Positions 26,917 to 40,600 of a DNA stretch of 64,000 nt are shown here, in pieces (position 1 is the stretch's first letter; every line of letters begins with the position of its first letter). Source of the stretch: Ophelia neglecta (lineage: Eukaryota); the NCBI GenBank assembly GCA_965285935.1, contig OZ260662.1:77128001-77192000 (forward strand). Reading direction: 5' to 3'. Made by a program: the position numbers and the translations under genes. The notes under the pieces are model-generated. The model did no database searches and had not been told where the DNA came from. It worked only from the letters and a program-made list of their open reading frames with translations.

Positions 26917-27879
26917 GCCTCATATGTCCTGGTCTGAATAGACATTAAAAGAAAAAAATAAGTTGTAAAAACATTGTACATAAATACAGAATGCAGCAGC
27001 AGACAAATGTAATCATGTACAGTATGCACGAGGATAGACTACTTTATAGAAGAATTTTGTTTTAATGTTTTCCTTCTTGCACTTGCATAAATCTGGGGTG
27101 GAATCAACTGCGAGTCAGATGCATTAGGCAAAGTCACAATAAGCATCCTGAAAATTTTTGTTATTATTGTTGTTTTATCAATAATCGTTTGCATGTACTC
27201 GACACTCACTGTAGTTCTTAGTGGAGAATTTATGTGTATACAGTTGAACCCCTGATGAAAGACCACCCAAAAAATGGCCAAAATAGCCCTTTTTGCAAAA
27301 CGGTTTGCTATAGCTCAGGGATTTAGATTGGCGACGGCCATCGGCAATTTGCCGATTTTTCTTTTAAATGGCCGAAATTAATTTGGAGTTTCAGACAAAT
27401 GTCCGAATGAAAAACTAGCCAACGGCTCAGTGCTTTGTTTGTTGATTATTCAATTTTCGCCAGCATATATTTATCTGTGTGCTTAGTACGCAGATCTACC
27501 TACCGCATCCACATCACGATGTAAATAGATACAATTGGGTCAAGATCCGGCCTACTTTAAGGTTGGCTACACATGGTTTCAGCCAATCAGATGTATACAC
27601 TGTCCGGGGCGCTTCCTGTGTAAGTCATGACTGTTTTACGCATAATTCTGAGAGATACTTTATATAGAAGTGAAGCAATGTCTACATACTATGCTAAAAC
27701 ATGCTTCAAAATCAAGAATTTGTTTTAAAATTGTGATCGCACTTGAAATCGGTCAAAGAAAACCCATTGTGTGAAAATTCCTAATTATCGCCCACTGTCA
27801 ATTTTGGGTAGATTTGATTGGTTATTACCGCAAAAAAGTCGATGGGTTACAGTGTATCCATCGGCGGCACCGTGCCTAC

Positions 27880-28330
27880 TTCTTAGGGGGTGGTCATAAA
27901 CCATGGAGTGGGGGGGGGGGGGGGGGGGGTCAAAGAATTGGAACACCATAAGTGATGGAGGGGGGGGGGAGGCACAAAAATGTGACACCCTCCTATGGGG
28001 AGGGGGGGGTCATAAAACCAAATCACCCTTGAAAATAATAATTATAATTTTTTCTTCATAATCCTTCCATGCAACACCCATACATTTTTAATATTACATT
28101 TGAGGGTGCTCAAAAAAAATTCGGGTTTACAGGGCAATTTGAATTTAACCCAGTAAATTGGATGGGGGGGGGGGGGTCAAAGAATCAGCGGGGCCTCTGA
28201 TACGGAAGGGGGGGGTAGTCAAAGCATTGGCGTGGTTTCTGACAGGGGGGGGGGGGTGTCATAAAATTTAAAATCATAAAAAGGCCACTTCCACCCACTC
28301 CACACCTTTTTAAATGGAAGAGCCCTAAAC
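27880..28330. mobile_element. G-run-rich MITE-like or non-autonomous DNA element fragment
   Basis: Repeated poly-G+GTCA(T/A)AA modules bounded by TTAGGG...GCCCTAA; family not identifiable. Confidence 0.3.
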
Positions 28331-29214
28331 TTTTAAGAGTATGAAGTGACCTTTTTTTACATTAAAATGCACCAGAGAGAGCCAACAGGATGCCTTAATT
28401 TGAAAAAATCCCCTCCCGTAAACCCCCACCCCCCCGCGCTCTGCCCGCGCCTTGGTGGCCATAGCCACCAACATTTGTCCTAAACATTTTTGTCCTTTGG
28501 GACAAATGTCCTAAAGCTAAATCAGGCTAGCAATATCACTGTAGCTGCCATGTATTTCAACCCCTAATGAGAGACCACCCCTCTTGTAAGACCATTTATT
28601 TGGTGGTCTCTCATAAGGGGTTCCGCTTTACTTCAATATGCTAATTTTTCTATTTTGAATATAAAATTACCACAGAACTTAATCCCCTGAATACTAGCCC
28701 TAGAAGCTGCTTTATTTCCCCAATAGGTCTACCCACATGCACATGGCTTTTTTTCGTGAAGAAACTGACACCGTTCACGGGCGTCTTCCCCTTACAAACC
28801 AAGCTTAATTTTCCCCAACTCTGAATAAAAAATCCCCTCCAGAGGAAAATTCCCCTCTTTAAATAATTTATAACTGTGATCAACAACATAAACATTACGT
28901 CAGGGTGACTCTTATAGCTCTATTCGATGTGTACTAAATCTCAACTATCACGACAATTTACGACATTAACTACTCTATGGCACCATACTAAATCGTGACT
29001 TTTCACGTCAGGCGCACATGCATGTAAGCGGGTATGCTCTTTAAAAGGTGGTTTGAAATTTTAAGTTAATTTGAATTTTCTGTAATATTCCCCTTTTGTA
29101 ATAATCTACGTGTCAATTTTACCCTTGTGATGGGCTATGGGCACCTTCCCCCTCCTTTGAAAAAAAAGCCCTGATGTATATAAATCGCTCTCACAGCACA
29201 ATTCAACTCCTAGA

Positions 29215-29548
29215 TTGTTGGTCTGTTTGGGGTTATACCTGGCTTTCAACATTCATGTGGTCATATCGCCACTGTGCCTACTTGTGACAGTGGGCTCTGC
29301 CCTCTCTTTATAGTGCTTCCTCACTGGAGTACGTGCCGTAGACACAGACTCTGACAGGGAACCCAAACCAGTCACATTATACTGACACCGGGTGGATCAG
29401 TCCTGATACTACTTCTGAAAAGGTTGGGCCCCTGTCGGGGGAGCTATCAGTGCCTATTTTTAAGGCTTTGGTATGATGCGATTGAGTTGAGATTTGAACC
29501 CCTATCTATGACTTGTAAGGCAGACACCCTAACCACTCAGCTAGTGGC
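29215..29548 (-). mobile_element. tRNA-derived SINE
   Basis: Minus-strand A box TAGCTGAGTGGTTAG (29543-29529) and B box GGTTCAAATC (29500-29491), followed by a ~250-bp body (plus strand ccagtcacattatactgacaccggg) and a CAAAC-type tail. Confidence 0.7.
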
Positions 29549-30169
29549 TACACTTTGGTGGCTTCAACTCCTAGAAAATGTCGACAATGGCAAATATACC
29601 GATCCAGTAAAATATTTCCCATTCCATAGTCACATTATAATTCAAATGTGTAATGTATGCAAAGAAGTATCATAATGGAAGAGAGTTCACAAACAACTTA
29701 ATGGAGGGGGGGGGGGGGGGGCTTTTGAGGGGAGGAAATAAGGTTGGAAATATTCCAGTAGTGGCAAAGGACAAATCCCAATACATATCCCTTTTTAGAA
29801 ATATTTTCGCGTCATTAAATGCACTTCCACGATTTTGGTAAATTCTCGGAATTAAAGTACAGCGATTTTAAAGACTTTTACTGTACATTGTTTCGCACAA
29901 GTTACCAGTATGTACTGTTACACCTGGCAAGTAATGACAATGATGTGAACTTGTCATTCCGATCATGACGGACTACACGATAATCGGCTAATCAATTGCC
30001 ATTTGAAATCGATTTGAATTCTGCACCTCTTTTTCAGTTTAGCTCTAAAAAAACGTCTGCGTATACAGTTGGCGCAATGAATGTCCAAATACGTTCAAAT
30101 AAATGAGGTATTGGGGACTTTAAACGTTCGCGGGTGGACGGGCCTATAAATATTTTCAAGAAATAATCT

Positions 30170-30390
30170 TCATTACCTTGCATTTCGGTGTTTTCTTCTA
30201 CAATAATTTAAATCCCGACCGCTTGCTTTTGCTGTCCAGCTGCGAACGAGCACTTGCTTTTCTAATTTCGTGTATTCGAGTTTCAGCCAATGACAGTTCA
30301 CCTTACAAAGGGCGATAACCAATCAAATTCCTTGTCTTTATTTCGCCAGAGGAATCGTAACAAATCATGTGACCGATCATGTGCAATAAC
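30170..30390. promoter_or_regulatory. Putative bidirectional promoter shared by ASPM and the CTR2-like gene
   Basis: CpG-enriched; CCAAT boxes at 30287 and 30319 (32 bp apart); CDE/CHR-like GCGGTCGGGATTTAAA on the minus strand (TTTAAA 30207-30212); minus-strand donor CAAG|GTAATG at 30176; TCATGTGA M-box at 30365. Confidence 0.55.
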
Positions 30391-30525
30391 AAAGCCAACA
30401 ACAAGATCTGAGAGAGAAGGAAGCTTTAAATTTTGAGGAAGTGTTCTAAGAACAAACGATCACGAAGAAGATTAGGAATGATTCTGGTGGTTAGTGTTGA
30501 CTAGTGGGGAAAGTTGTCGCTTCAC

Positions 30526-33362
30526 ATGATCAAGATGGTAAGAACTTCACATCACTGGGTATCCTGGGCATTGTCAAGTGAGGGTGGGACGGTCTTATGC
30601 CATTATGCATATGATTATGGGGAGGGGGTCCTGTCTAATAGAGGGCTTTCCCAAGGCTATGAACATTGTCAAACACATCGACTATCATAATTGCAGTGAA
30701 GTTGTCGCAATGCGAGTCCATAACATTATACTTGAATATGAAATATGAGAGGCCATGTATAAAATCTTAATATTGTCACGTTTAATATTCATGTCTATCT
30801 ACAATAAATCATAATAAATATTTGTTAACTTGTTAAATAAGGATAGGTTCCGTTGGGCTAGGAGAATCTCAGATTCGTAATATTTCTGATATTGTTGTGT
30901 ATTATCATCCATCCAACAGATGCCCATGTCGTTTTATCTGTCCAAAGAGCTCAACAACTTCTTGTTTAAAGGATGGAATACATCAACGCCTGGAGGTTTG
31001 TACTTGTACATTTTTTTGTAAGGGGTAGAGGGAAGTTAATTATACCTTTTGCTACCCCCCCCCCCACTTGCCCTACCTATAAGCTGCCACTCTTCATTAC
31101 CCCCCCCCCCCCCCCCCCCCTGCTCTGCCAAGTATCCCTTTTATAACACTAACATTTCATAACGTATTCTGGGCATAATGGGCTCTAGTGGAAAAGCATA
31201 TATAAATGATGCCTTTAGCCAAACATATTGTTGAAAGTAGAAAATAATCTCATCAAAAATTTAGTCATCCGCATATGGACCCACATCTTTAACAGAGAAA
31301 CAGAAGTATAGTACAATTTGTAGTATTCATATGTATATGCCCTATATCATAGCCTTTTTGGGATTAATACGATTTCTACATTAATAGAGCCATTTATTTA
31401 TCATATTAGTTTCTAACAAGTCTTCTTGCTATTAATTAAACAGGTATTGTGTGGACATGTTTTGTTATTGGAGGGATAGTGCTAGTACTGGAGATGGTTA
31501 AATTGCTTCAGATGTACTTGCATGAAAAGTCAAAAATAAGACCTTCTCGTCATTCCCAGTCAGAGAGATCACTTTCAGAGGACCCTCTTCTCCCATCTCT
31601 AGTAGTCCCGCCAGCAATTGCTAATTTGCGAAAAAGCAGGTGAGTTTAGTTTAATCTAAATTTAGCATCTACTATTGTACCACAAGTCTAGAATCATTTA
31701 AAGGCCAAGTGCATTCTGGTTATTATTTTATAGACTTAGCTTTACCACAAATAGCACCCTGTTTCACTGTTCCTGTTGGTTACTTCAAAGGCCTGACGTG
31801 TGTAACTTGTCCCTTATCTCTGAAGTCAGCGAGCCTTGATCTAATAGGCTACTTGCTGACGCCAGAGATCAAAGAGAATCTGCACATGTCAGTAACGAAC
31901 AAGAACAGTAAAACGGGATGCTTTTTGTGTTTTCCTTCTAATAACTGGCTATAATTTCGCCCAATAGAAATTTAATCTAAATTTAGCCTCTTAGGTTAAC
32001 CACAAGCCTGAAATGGGTTAAAAGCCAAGTGCATTTTGATTATAATCTTGTAATAACTGGCTATAATTATGCCCAATAGATATTTATGTAGGATAATAGT
32101 GCTAGAATTTGATGCATATTTTTATTGAACTTTGTTGCCTTCCAGGATCAAGTATCATATGCTCCAAAGTCTGCTCCATATCCTGCAACTTGTAATTGGA
32201 TACTTTATTATGTTGGCTATCATGTCATATAATGCCTGGGTTGGAATTTCTGTTGCTGTTGGTAAGAATTTTAAAATTTTCTTTCACACCATTATTAAAA
32301 AAAAGAAATACAATTTCCTTCTTTTCCATGATTGATACATTGCTATGAACCGCTAACTTATTTCGTTTATTTCCAACATTCCTACATAGATTATTATGAG
32401 CATGCATAATCACAAGGCTAGCCCTACTAATATTGCTGAGGGAGTCAGGTAATAATATGCAGTGCTGTCCCCATGCTAGATTAGTAGCTGGACTAGGCCT
32501 AAGGGTATATATAGAGTGATGTCATCTATGACAAGGCCTATGGAAATCTGACCTGAAGGGAGGAAATGTGACTGTGGTTTAATGTGGTGATCAGTTGCAC
32601 TTAGGATAAGGAATTAAGGCCCTATTACCTAGTCACTGCCCAATGTTCCACAAACTGATGGTTGCAAAAATGCCTAGAGAGAGCATTTTTAATGATTTAT
32701 ATGGATTTCATGTAGAAATAGAAAAGAATAGAAAAGAAATGTGTTGGTTTAAGTTGGATAATTATGCCTGATTATCTGTTTGAGAACTCATACACTGCTA
32801 TATGTATTGCTATGTCCTTCTGCTCAAAATGTACATGTATATGCATGTCCATTACACTGAACCCGGCCCTACAACGTTTACATGACAGGGGTCACACAGG
32901 ATAGTTCCAAAAAGTTTTTAAAACATTTTAGGCCTTTTTCTTCCACATTCACCCCCTTTTTTGTGTGAAAACACCTCTTTTTTTTAATTGCAAGTTTCAA
33001 GTCTTAGTAACCGTAACCCCTGTTTAAAACTTTCAAGAGAATTCCATCCTCAAAACACCCTTTTTTGGGAATTCTGCAGGTTGTCATCAGCCTAAGATTT
33101 AACAAAGGTATGGTCCCTTGGTGATATTGGGCTGAGACTCTGAATAACTTAAAATAAAATCTTGTGCCCATACATTGTATATAATACTGGTGTCTTCTTC
33201 TTCTTCTCCCATGCAGCTTCAGCCATAGGATTTTATATATTTGGGGCCATGAGATTTGTGATCAGTTTTCCTACCCCTCCCACACCTTCTAGTGGAAGTC
33301 AAGAAGAGGCAGCAAGTACTTCTGATGTATCACACAGTTCACCTATGCCATTATATTCTTAA
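30526..33362 (+). CDS. SLC31A2: SLC31/Ctr copper transporter, CTR2-like
   Basis: Exons 30526-30537 (start uncertain), 30920-30995, 31444-31639, 32146-32261, 33217-33362. MPMSFY...LFKGW, three hydrophobic segments, QSLLHILQLVIGYFIMLAIMSYN with the MxxxM motif. The short N-terminus and missing C-terminal HCH favour CTR2 over CTR1. Confidence 0.85.
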
Positions 33363-35329
33363 TGTAATACATGTATGTGGAGGATAAACATCAAGAATGG
33401 TAGTATTAAAATATGGTAGCTATACCAATGGAAAAATTTGAATAAATCTATTGGGACCAATGGCACAGGGAATTGGTAAAATTACAGATTAATAACTGAA
33501 AAGCAATAATTTACAAAGATAAGGTGCTCCTCCTAAGTTGATTTATATAAGTAAATGATATTTTTTCCTCTACATACATGTACTATTGAGTAACTTTACT
33601 TGTATTTTAAAAGCAGATCTCTAAATCTCATGCAAACCTGTTTAGTTATAAGTTGATTTAGTTCTTTCTCATGAATTGCTGTTTGCTTTTATCTTAATGT
33701 ATTTTTAACAAATCTGTATATAAAGAATCTGTTTGCTTTTATCATAGAATCCTTGTTCAAGAATCTGTGGCGAGTTTTAATAATACATGTATAGGCCATT
33801 TGCGTTCTGACATGCTCAGTTAACCGTTCCCGCATATAATTATTTTAATTTTTCCTCTGTTCAGGATTGACCTGAGTTCGGGATGAAATATTCCATTGTT
33901 ATAAGTACCGAATGTGTTAGTAAAACCATTTTGATCAAACATATAATAAAATATTGTAATCACTGATTCCAAGATACCTTCTGCTTACTTGTAACTGGCC
34001 AATTATTATAATCCCAAGTTATTTTAGAACTGGCCTGATTTTTTTTAACCAGGGGTAGTCACAAAACCATACATTACTCAGTCCTCACTTAAGCCTAGCT
34101 TTATAGGGTGCATGTGTGTATACCAACAATGGATAATAAAGGGGTTACTGAGGAGTTTGTATAATGATATATAGGCCTATCGTACTCCTGGTTATAAATT
34201 AGCAATTGCTCATATATATATATACTAGCAGTGACCCGTGGAAAAGTCCTCAGTGGAGGAAAGTATCCGAATAAGAAACAAACAAATACACAGACAAAAT
34301 GGTGTAGGCCTACATAGTGACTATTTAGCAGCACCACCTGTCTCTTAAAGGCAGTTTTCTTTGGTTTCAACATTTGAAATGGGACTGCTTTGTGACAACG
34401 TACTACTGCCCTAATTATAACTGCTTCACCGGCCAGCTATGTTCATGTAACATTCTCAATTTTGTATCTGCATATATATATACACACTCCATTCCCCAGA
34501 GCCCACTCTGGTATCTGAGGTGAAACACATGATGCTTTGAAATTTCATAAAAAGAAGGGTCCATTTCCAGGGTGATCTAGATTCTTTAAAGCCTTAAAAG
34601 TGTAAAGTGGTTTTGCAACACAATATTATCACAACATAAATAACAGCTATATAGCCTCTAAAAATAATTCATGTTTAGTAGCTATAAATTCTCTAAGTTG
34701 ACAAAATATGTTTTTTCGGTTAAGACTCTAGATTCGCAAAAGAAAACAGTTTCAGTTTTTTTTCTAAAATGGGAGAGAAAATTCTTGTCAAAGACCTATA
34801 AAATATTATGATAATTTTTATTTCTATAAGTTACGGTGAGATAACTTCAATATCACTCAATAATCACACAGAACATCTTTTTCCAGAAGTTCAGTTTGTG
34901 ACACTGTGCCTGATCCTTGATTGAACGCTGGGAATGAAACGCCCAATACGCCTGACATTAGATTGATTTCGGATCATACGGTCAATAAACTGTCATTGTC
35001 AATTCTATACTACGCCAACTTATAGACCAATTACATCACGAAAAAAGAATTGAAAGAGAAAAAATATACTAAATATTGGTTCCTTAATATGGGCCAATAA
35101 CAGAACAATCCAGACAGGTCTGTTTTATTAAGTCTCCTTCCTCCACCCCGAATGATTGTATCAAAGAACAAATCAACCCGGACCCCTGGTGCCCTACCCT
35201 AAGTCCCATTTCATACTTATGGATGTGGTGACAGGGGCCTAGAACAAAACAAACTTGATAGGTCTGCTCTGTTGGTTCCCACTCCAACATACAAATCATT
35301 TTCATGAACCGAGAAAACTGGACTTTTTA

Positions 35330-36420
35330 TACCCCCCCCCCCCCCACCCTCCCTTTTATATAACCCTCCTCTCCTTGGTAAAGTACAGTATAAGAAACGA
35401 TTAACTATATCCGACTTAAGACACTATATGACCCACATGGTGTCTATGTGTTGTTAAGCCCCAAAAAATCCAAATCCTTGGCTGCCACATTTTGTGCTGA
35501 AAGCCCAACCCTCCCCCTGGCTGCCCCCCCCCCCCCATAGCCCCAGTCTCCTCTAATAACGCAATTTACATATTAATCTAAACATGTAAACAAATAGGTT
35601 CACAAAATTTTATCAGTACATCAGCATTGCATGAGAGTGCTGGATAACCCCCCCCCCCTCCTTCCCCCTTAGATAACCCTCCTCCCCTTGGCTGCCACTT
35701 TTTGTGCTGTATGCCTAAGCCTCCCCCTGGCTGCCCCCTCTCCCCTCTGTAGCCTCAGTCTAGTCTTATACTGTCATTTACATGTTAATCTCTTGTGACA
35801 ACAAAACAGGTTTCTCTGCATTTTATTAGTACATCAGCATTGCATGAGAGTGCTATGTTAACCCCCTCCCCCCTCCTTCCCCCTTAGATAACCCTCCTCT
35901 CCTTGCCTGCCCCTTTTTGTGCTGTATGCCTAACCCTCCCCCTGGCTGCCCCCTCTCCCCTCTGAAGCCTCAGTCTAGTTTTATACTGTCATCTACATGT
36001 TAATCTCTTGTGACATCAAAACAGGTTTCTCTGCATTTTATCAGTACATCAGCATTGCATAAGAGTGCTGGGTAACCCCCCCCCCTTTCCTTCCCCCTTA
36101 GATAAGCCTCCTCCCCTTGGCTGCCAACCCCCCCCCCCCCCAACACCTCCACCACCGTTTTATACTGTCATCTACATGTTAATCTCTTGTGACATCAAAA
36201 CAGGTTTCTCTGCATTTTATCAGTACATCAGCATTGCATAAGAGTGCTGGGTAACCCCCCCCCCCTTTTCCTTCCCCCTTAGATAAGCCTCCTCCCCTTG
36301 GCTGCCAACCCCCCCCCCCCAACACCTCCACCACCACCATAGCCATTTAGATGTTAATCTATTGTGTCAACAAAACAGGCTCACTCTGAATCTTATCAGT
36401 AATCAGCATGGCATGTTGAA
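35330..36420. repeat. C-rich tandem repeat, about 5 units of 176-214 bp
   Basis: Anchor agtacatcagcattgcat near 35614, 35828, 36042, 36221 and (degenerate) 36397; poly-C tracts. Confidence 0.85.
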
Positions 36421-36697
36421 TCAAGGCAGGCTCTACTCTGGTGCAGTATTTCCCATGATGCACTGCTGTTGCTTGGCAACATCAAATATGGCATCAAGTA
36501 TGGCTGCAAATGTTACAGACGACAGATTTTCCCAAAATGCAAAAGCTTTTTGACTGCAAAACGCGCACAGCGCACCGCAATCTCACATACTTTAGCACAA
36601 CCACAGACGGTTCAGCAACAATCGGTGAAGATTTCAGGCACATCCGTTCGTTGCGGAACCGGGAAATCGATGTTGCACTACGGCAATATAATTATAG

Positions 36698-36702
36698 ATA
36701 TA

Positions 36703-36743
<41 letters not shown>
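36698..36743. repeat. (TA)n microsatellite
   Basis: Directly visible. Confidence 0.9.
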
Positions 36744-37631
36744 TCCTTGTAAATATATGTAAAAAAAAAGCGTAATAAAAGTTTTTGAATTTAATCAAGT
36801 AAATCTGATTGATTCCAGTTATGCTTGGAGATTAAAGAGGAAACACACATACTACTGTGATATATAGTAAATCTGTTACATTTGGAGTAAACTATTGCAA
36901 ACAATCACAATTAAAGGAAAAACATAGAGACATCATTATTTTTTTGTAATTAAAAAAATCTATAATATAAATATGGTAAAACACTCATAATATGCCATAC
37001 ATTTACTGTGCGAGAATGCATTTTAAAAAGCTTGTGCTTTAAAAAAGGCTTTAAAAAATATATATATTTGTTTGTTTTACCAAAATGGTGGGCTACTAAC
37101 AGACACTCGTGTGGCTAAGATTCAACTTAGGTCAGAGTAGATTTCTAGAGTTACTTAAATCCCAAAGGGCTTATGCCTTGATATGATCAGTGGGGAACAT
37201 TTAATGCTAAAACTGCTGGCATCAGCATAGTATAGCCAGTACTATGAACCATTGAAACTACTAATGTGCACTACTTTCAACGCTGGTTTGCATTGTGATA
37301 ATGTTGCTCAACAGGGGTCGTCTGAGAGTGGAAAGATGAGGGAGGTCAGCTTATATGGTTTACTTATGTTGATGATTTTTGCGTCGAATAAAGCAATGTT
37401 AGGCTAATTTCTCTATGCATTAACGTCGCAGATCTAAATTTGTTGCTCAAGGCACATTCGTTTACAAAGAAAGTGATGGACTAATACTTAATTGAATTCA
37501 TAGACCGGTTAGTATCCCTATTATCGTTGTTATGGATTCGTCCATTGATTGACCCATATTTTGACAAATTTCAGTATTGGCATGTACGTATCAGCGTATC
37601 GTGAAAGCTGCGTGTAAACACCTATTCCGAC

Positions 37632-40600
37632 ATGGCGGACGAAATGCCTGTCATCCCCAAGGCTGGGTCAATATTAGTACACACTGGCAATATTGTTAAC
37701 TGGAACCGTTTAAAAAGGCATTTGGCTCAAAACCCAAAGGAAGAGGTATGTCAGCCAACTTTTAACTGTAGCTATTATGTGTTGAATGACTGGTAATCTG
37801 ACAGTAATACACGGTTGCTGTGGTAGGCATTTTGTGTTGGTCCTCCAATCCCACACTGTGTAGACCTATATCAGCAATGTGTATACGTTTGGTTTGGGAG
37901 TAATACTATGTTTATCTTTATACATCTATATATACCATGTATAGTGAACTGTCAAGCACAATCATGCAATGTAATCATGCATAAGCCACATATAATATTT
38001 ATCTGTTTATGAATGATTTGTAGGGGAATGTTTACCGTCCGATTTTACTAATGTTGATGTTTCAGTATCGACTGTTATTTGATTGAATACTGACCCGTGA
38101 AGAGTTAAACAATCTTATCTTATAAGGCCATCCTAAATAGGAAAGTGTAGTCTAATGTGGACTTAATACCCAAGGGTGTGGAATATCATCCGTGCCTGCA
38201 TGGAAGCTTGGTAGTTGTATGTCATGTGCATGGTCACCATGCTAGCTGCCCTCTGTCGGAGCACAGCAGACAGTAACTTTTGAGGACTGCATCTAGGGCC
38301 AATGACCTTATTGTTTTAAAAAAAATCCTTATTTTATTTACAATTTGAGGTTATAGTTCTTTTTTGATTGCCATGCGGTATTTTGATAACAAATTTTCAC
38401 TCCCTTATCTTTTTCTATTTTTGGCAAATGCTATGGTGACTAAATTGTATTTTTTTGTCCAAATCCAGTAAGATCTTTAAATACCAAAAGTGACACCCCT
38501 GCACAACAAACTCTTAAAAATACCCTGTACAAAATAATCATGGTAAGGAAATAATTATGATGATAAGGTTGGGATATTTATAAATGTTTATTGTAACAGG
38601 AGGCAGGAAGCTCTTCAATTTCAGTATCTTCACTACATTACATGGTAAATGTCAAATTGCAAGTACATACATATAAGTATACAATATGGTCATATGAAAT
38701 GGACTTGTTCCAATGCCGCCTTCTCGCCCCAGCCCTCTACTGCCCCTACCTTCTTTTGAAATGGCCCTGACTCAGCAACTTCCATGCCTACAGAAGGCAT
38801 TTTTTCTCAGAATCTGATATCCATTTTAGGCCTGGATTTTTTATTACTTGATGGTTGAGAGCCTATCACAGATATACTACTTCAGTTGGTCAAACGAGTT
38901 TTCCGAAAGCAAGTTTTAGTTATTATAAACTTAAATTTTTTCTGTCTTTCAGCTGTCTGAATGTGTTACTTCAACAATCTCTAACTGGAAAGATGCAGCA
39001 GATAAAACTGAGCTTCAGGTAAGATTAATGGTGTTCATATAATATGCAAATATATATATATATATATGTATATATTTGTATTTGCATATTATGTTTATAT
39101 ACTGCAGACACAATATTATCAACAATAAGGTGTGTACGTCATTCTAGTGTTTTGTGTATTTCATGTAACAAGGGCACATTCTAGATCTAAAGATCAAAAG
39201 GCAGTGGAATAATCTTTTTCTTATAGTATGCCACAGAATTGGAGTGCAGAAATGAGAAGTTTATGGAGAAATTATCTGCTGATGAAAGAGAGGGTCTGAA
39301 AATTACAGGTGAGGTTTTCAAAATATTCATTATTGTGGCCTTGACCTTATAGAAAGTATCTTTTCCATGGGACAGGTTAAAATGCATTTTGGTTTTGGTT
39401 TTCAGTAAAAATATTTCTGTCGAAACTTGACAAGGAGGCCATCAGAGCAGCCATCCAACAAGGTAAATACTTTAAATAACTTGCATGAATATTTTTCCTC
39501 TTTTTTTTATAAAATTTGTGGTGGAAAGAACAATATGGCCCAAACATTAAGTGTCAGGACCTGTTTTTTATTGGAAATGTTTGAATAATGTATATTTCTT
39601 TTTCAATGGAGAGGACATCACACATTATTGACATATTTATCACAAAGTGTAAGATACTTGGACTTTTATGCATGTATGGTTTTCATTGTCACATTTCCTG
39701 ACACAGGTATATTACATTTATGATTGTGTACTATGTTTAACACATTTAAGTGATGACTGAGCTGGATGTGACCAGTATTGAGACAGTTCTTGTAGCAATC
39801 CCAGAAGACCAGCTCAACCTGGAGGCAATAAAACCATTGTGGGAGACTCTGGAAGAGATGGTAAACCGGGAGAAAGTGTACACCCTGGGTCTCTCAGACT
39901 TGGATATAGGACTTCTGGAAGACCTGTACTCCTGGGCAAAGGTCTGAAGCCACTTTTTAAAGTAATTCATACAGTGCCACGTAATGGCTAAACAGTGCTA
40001 ACTAGGCATGTCAATTGCATGGATCAATGGCATGGCAAATAAAAATATAAGCACCTTCTCATCACTTCTACCAAAATCAAGTACCAGAAATTGTTACTTT
40101 ATTTTTTGAGGCCTTATATGAGAACAGTGTACTTTGAGGTATTGTTTTTCATGTGTTATATGTATATTACATGTCAGGTTAAACCCTGCATTAATCAAGT
40201 CAACTTGGGATCTTGTTGTGTGATGCCTCCAGAATTAACAGAGTTCGCAGAACAGCACGACATTCAACTCCTCACTCATCATGACCCGAAAGGTACCTGA
40301 TTTTGATTTTTGACACAGCAGTTTATTATGTACACGAAGAATACGTAGATTTTATTACAAGAAGTCTTTGTTAGAAAGCTACTTAGTGGGGGATTTATTG
40401 AACAAGTAACAGTGCATGTATATATGCATGTATATGTCACAAATTTGAGTCCTGCTTTTGGGAGGTATGGGGTGATAAGGCTAATTTCCTTCTCAATGTT
40501 ATAAATTTTGAAAATATATACTGCTGCACTCCTTTTACCAGTACATTATAATGATCTTGACTTGGAATTAGATGAAATTGAAAATGGGTGTGCTCTTCTT

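Larger units (their letters stand above)
34224..36762 (+). mobile_element. Possible non-autonomous Helitron-like element with internal tandem repeats
   Basis: Starts ACTAGCAGTGACCCG after a TA run, contains a ~200-bp tandem array, and ends with a GC-richer block plus a (TA)n microsatellite and TATTCCTTG; boundaries inferred. Confidence 0.4.

Noticed and set aside
27315-28530. hAT-like element with CAGGGATTTAG...CTAAATC ends
   Set aside because: Only a 7-bp inverted match, no target-site duplication and no transposase.
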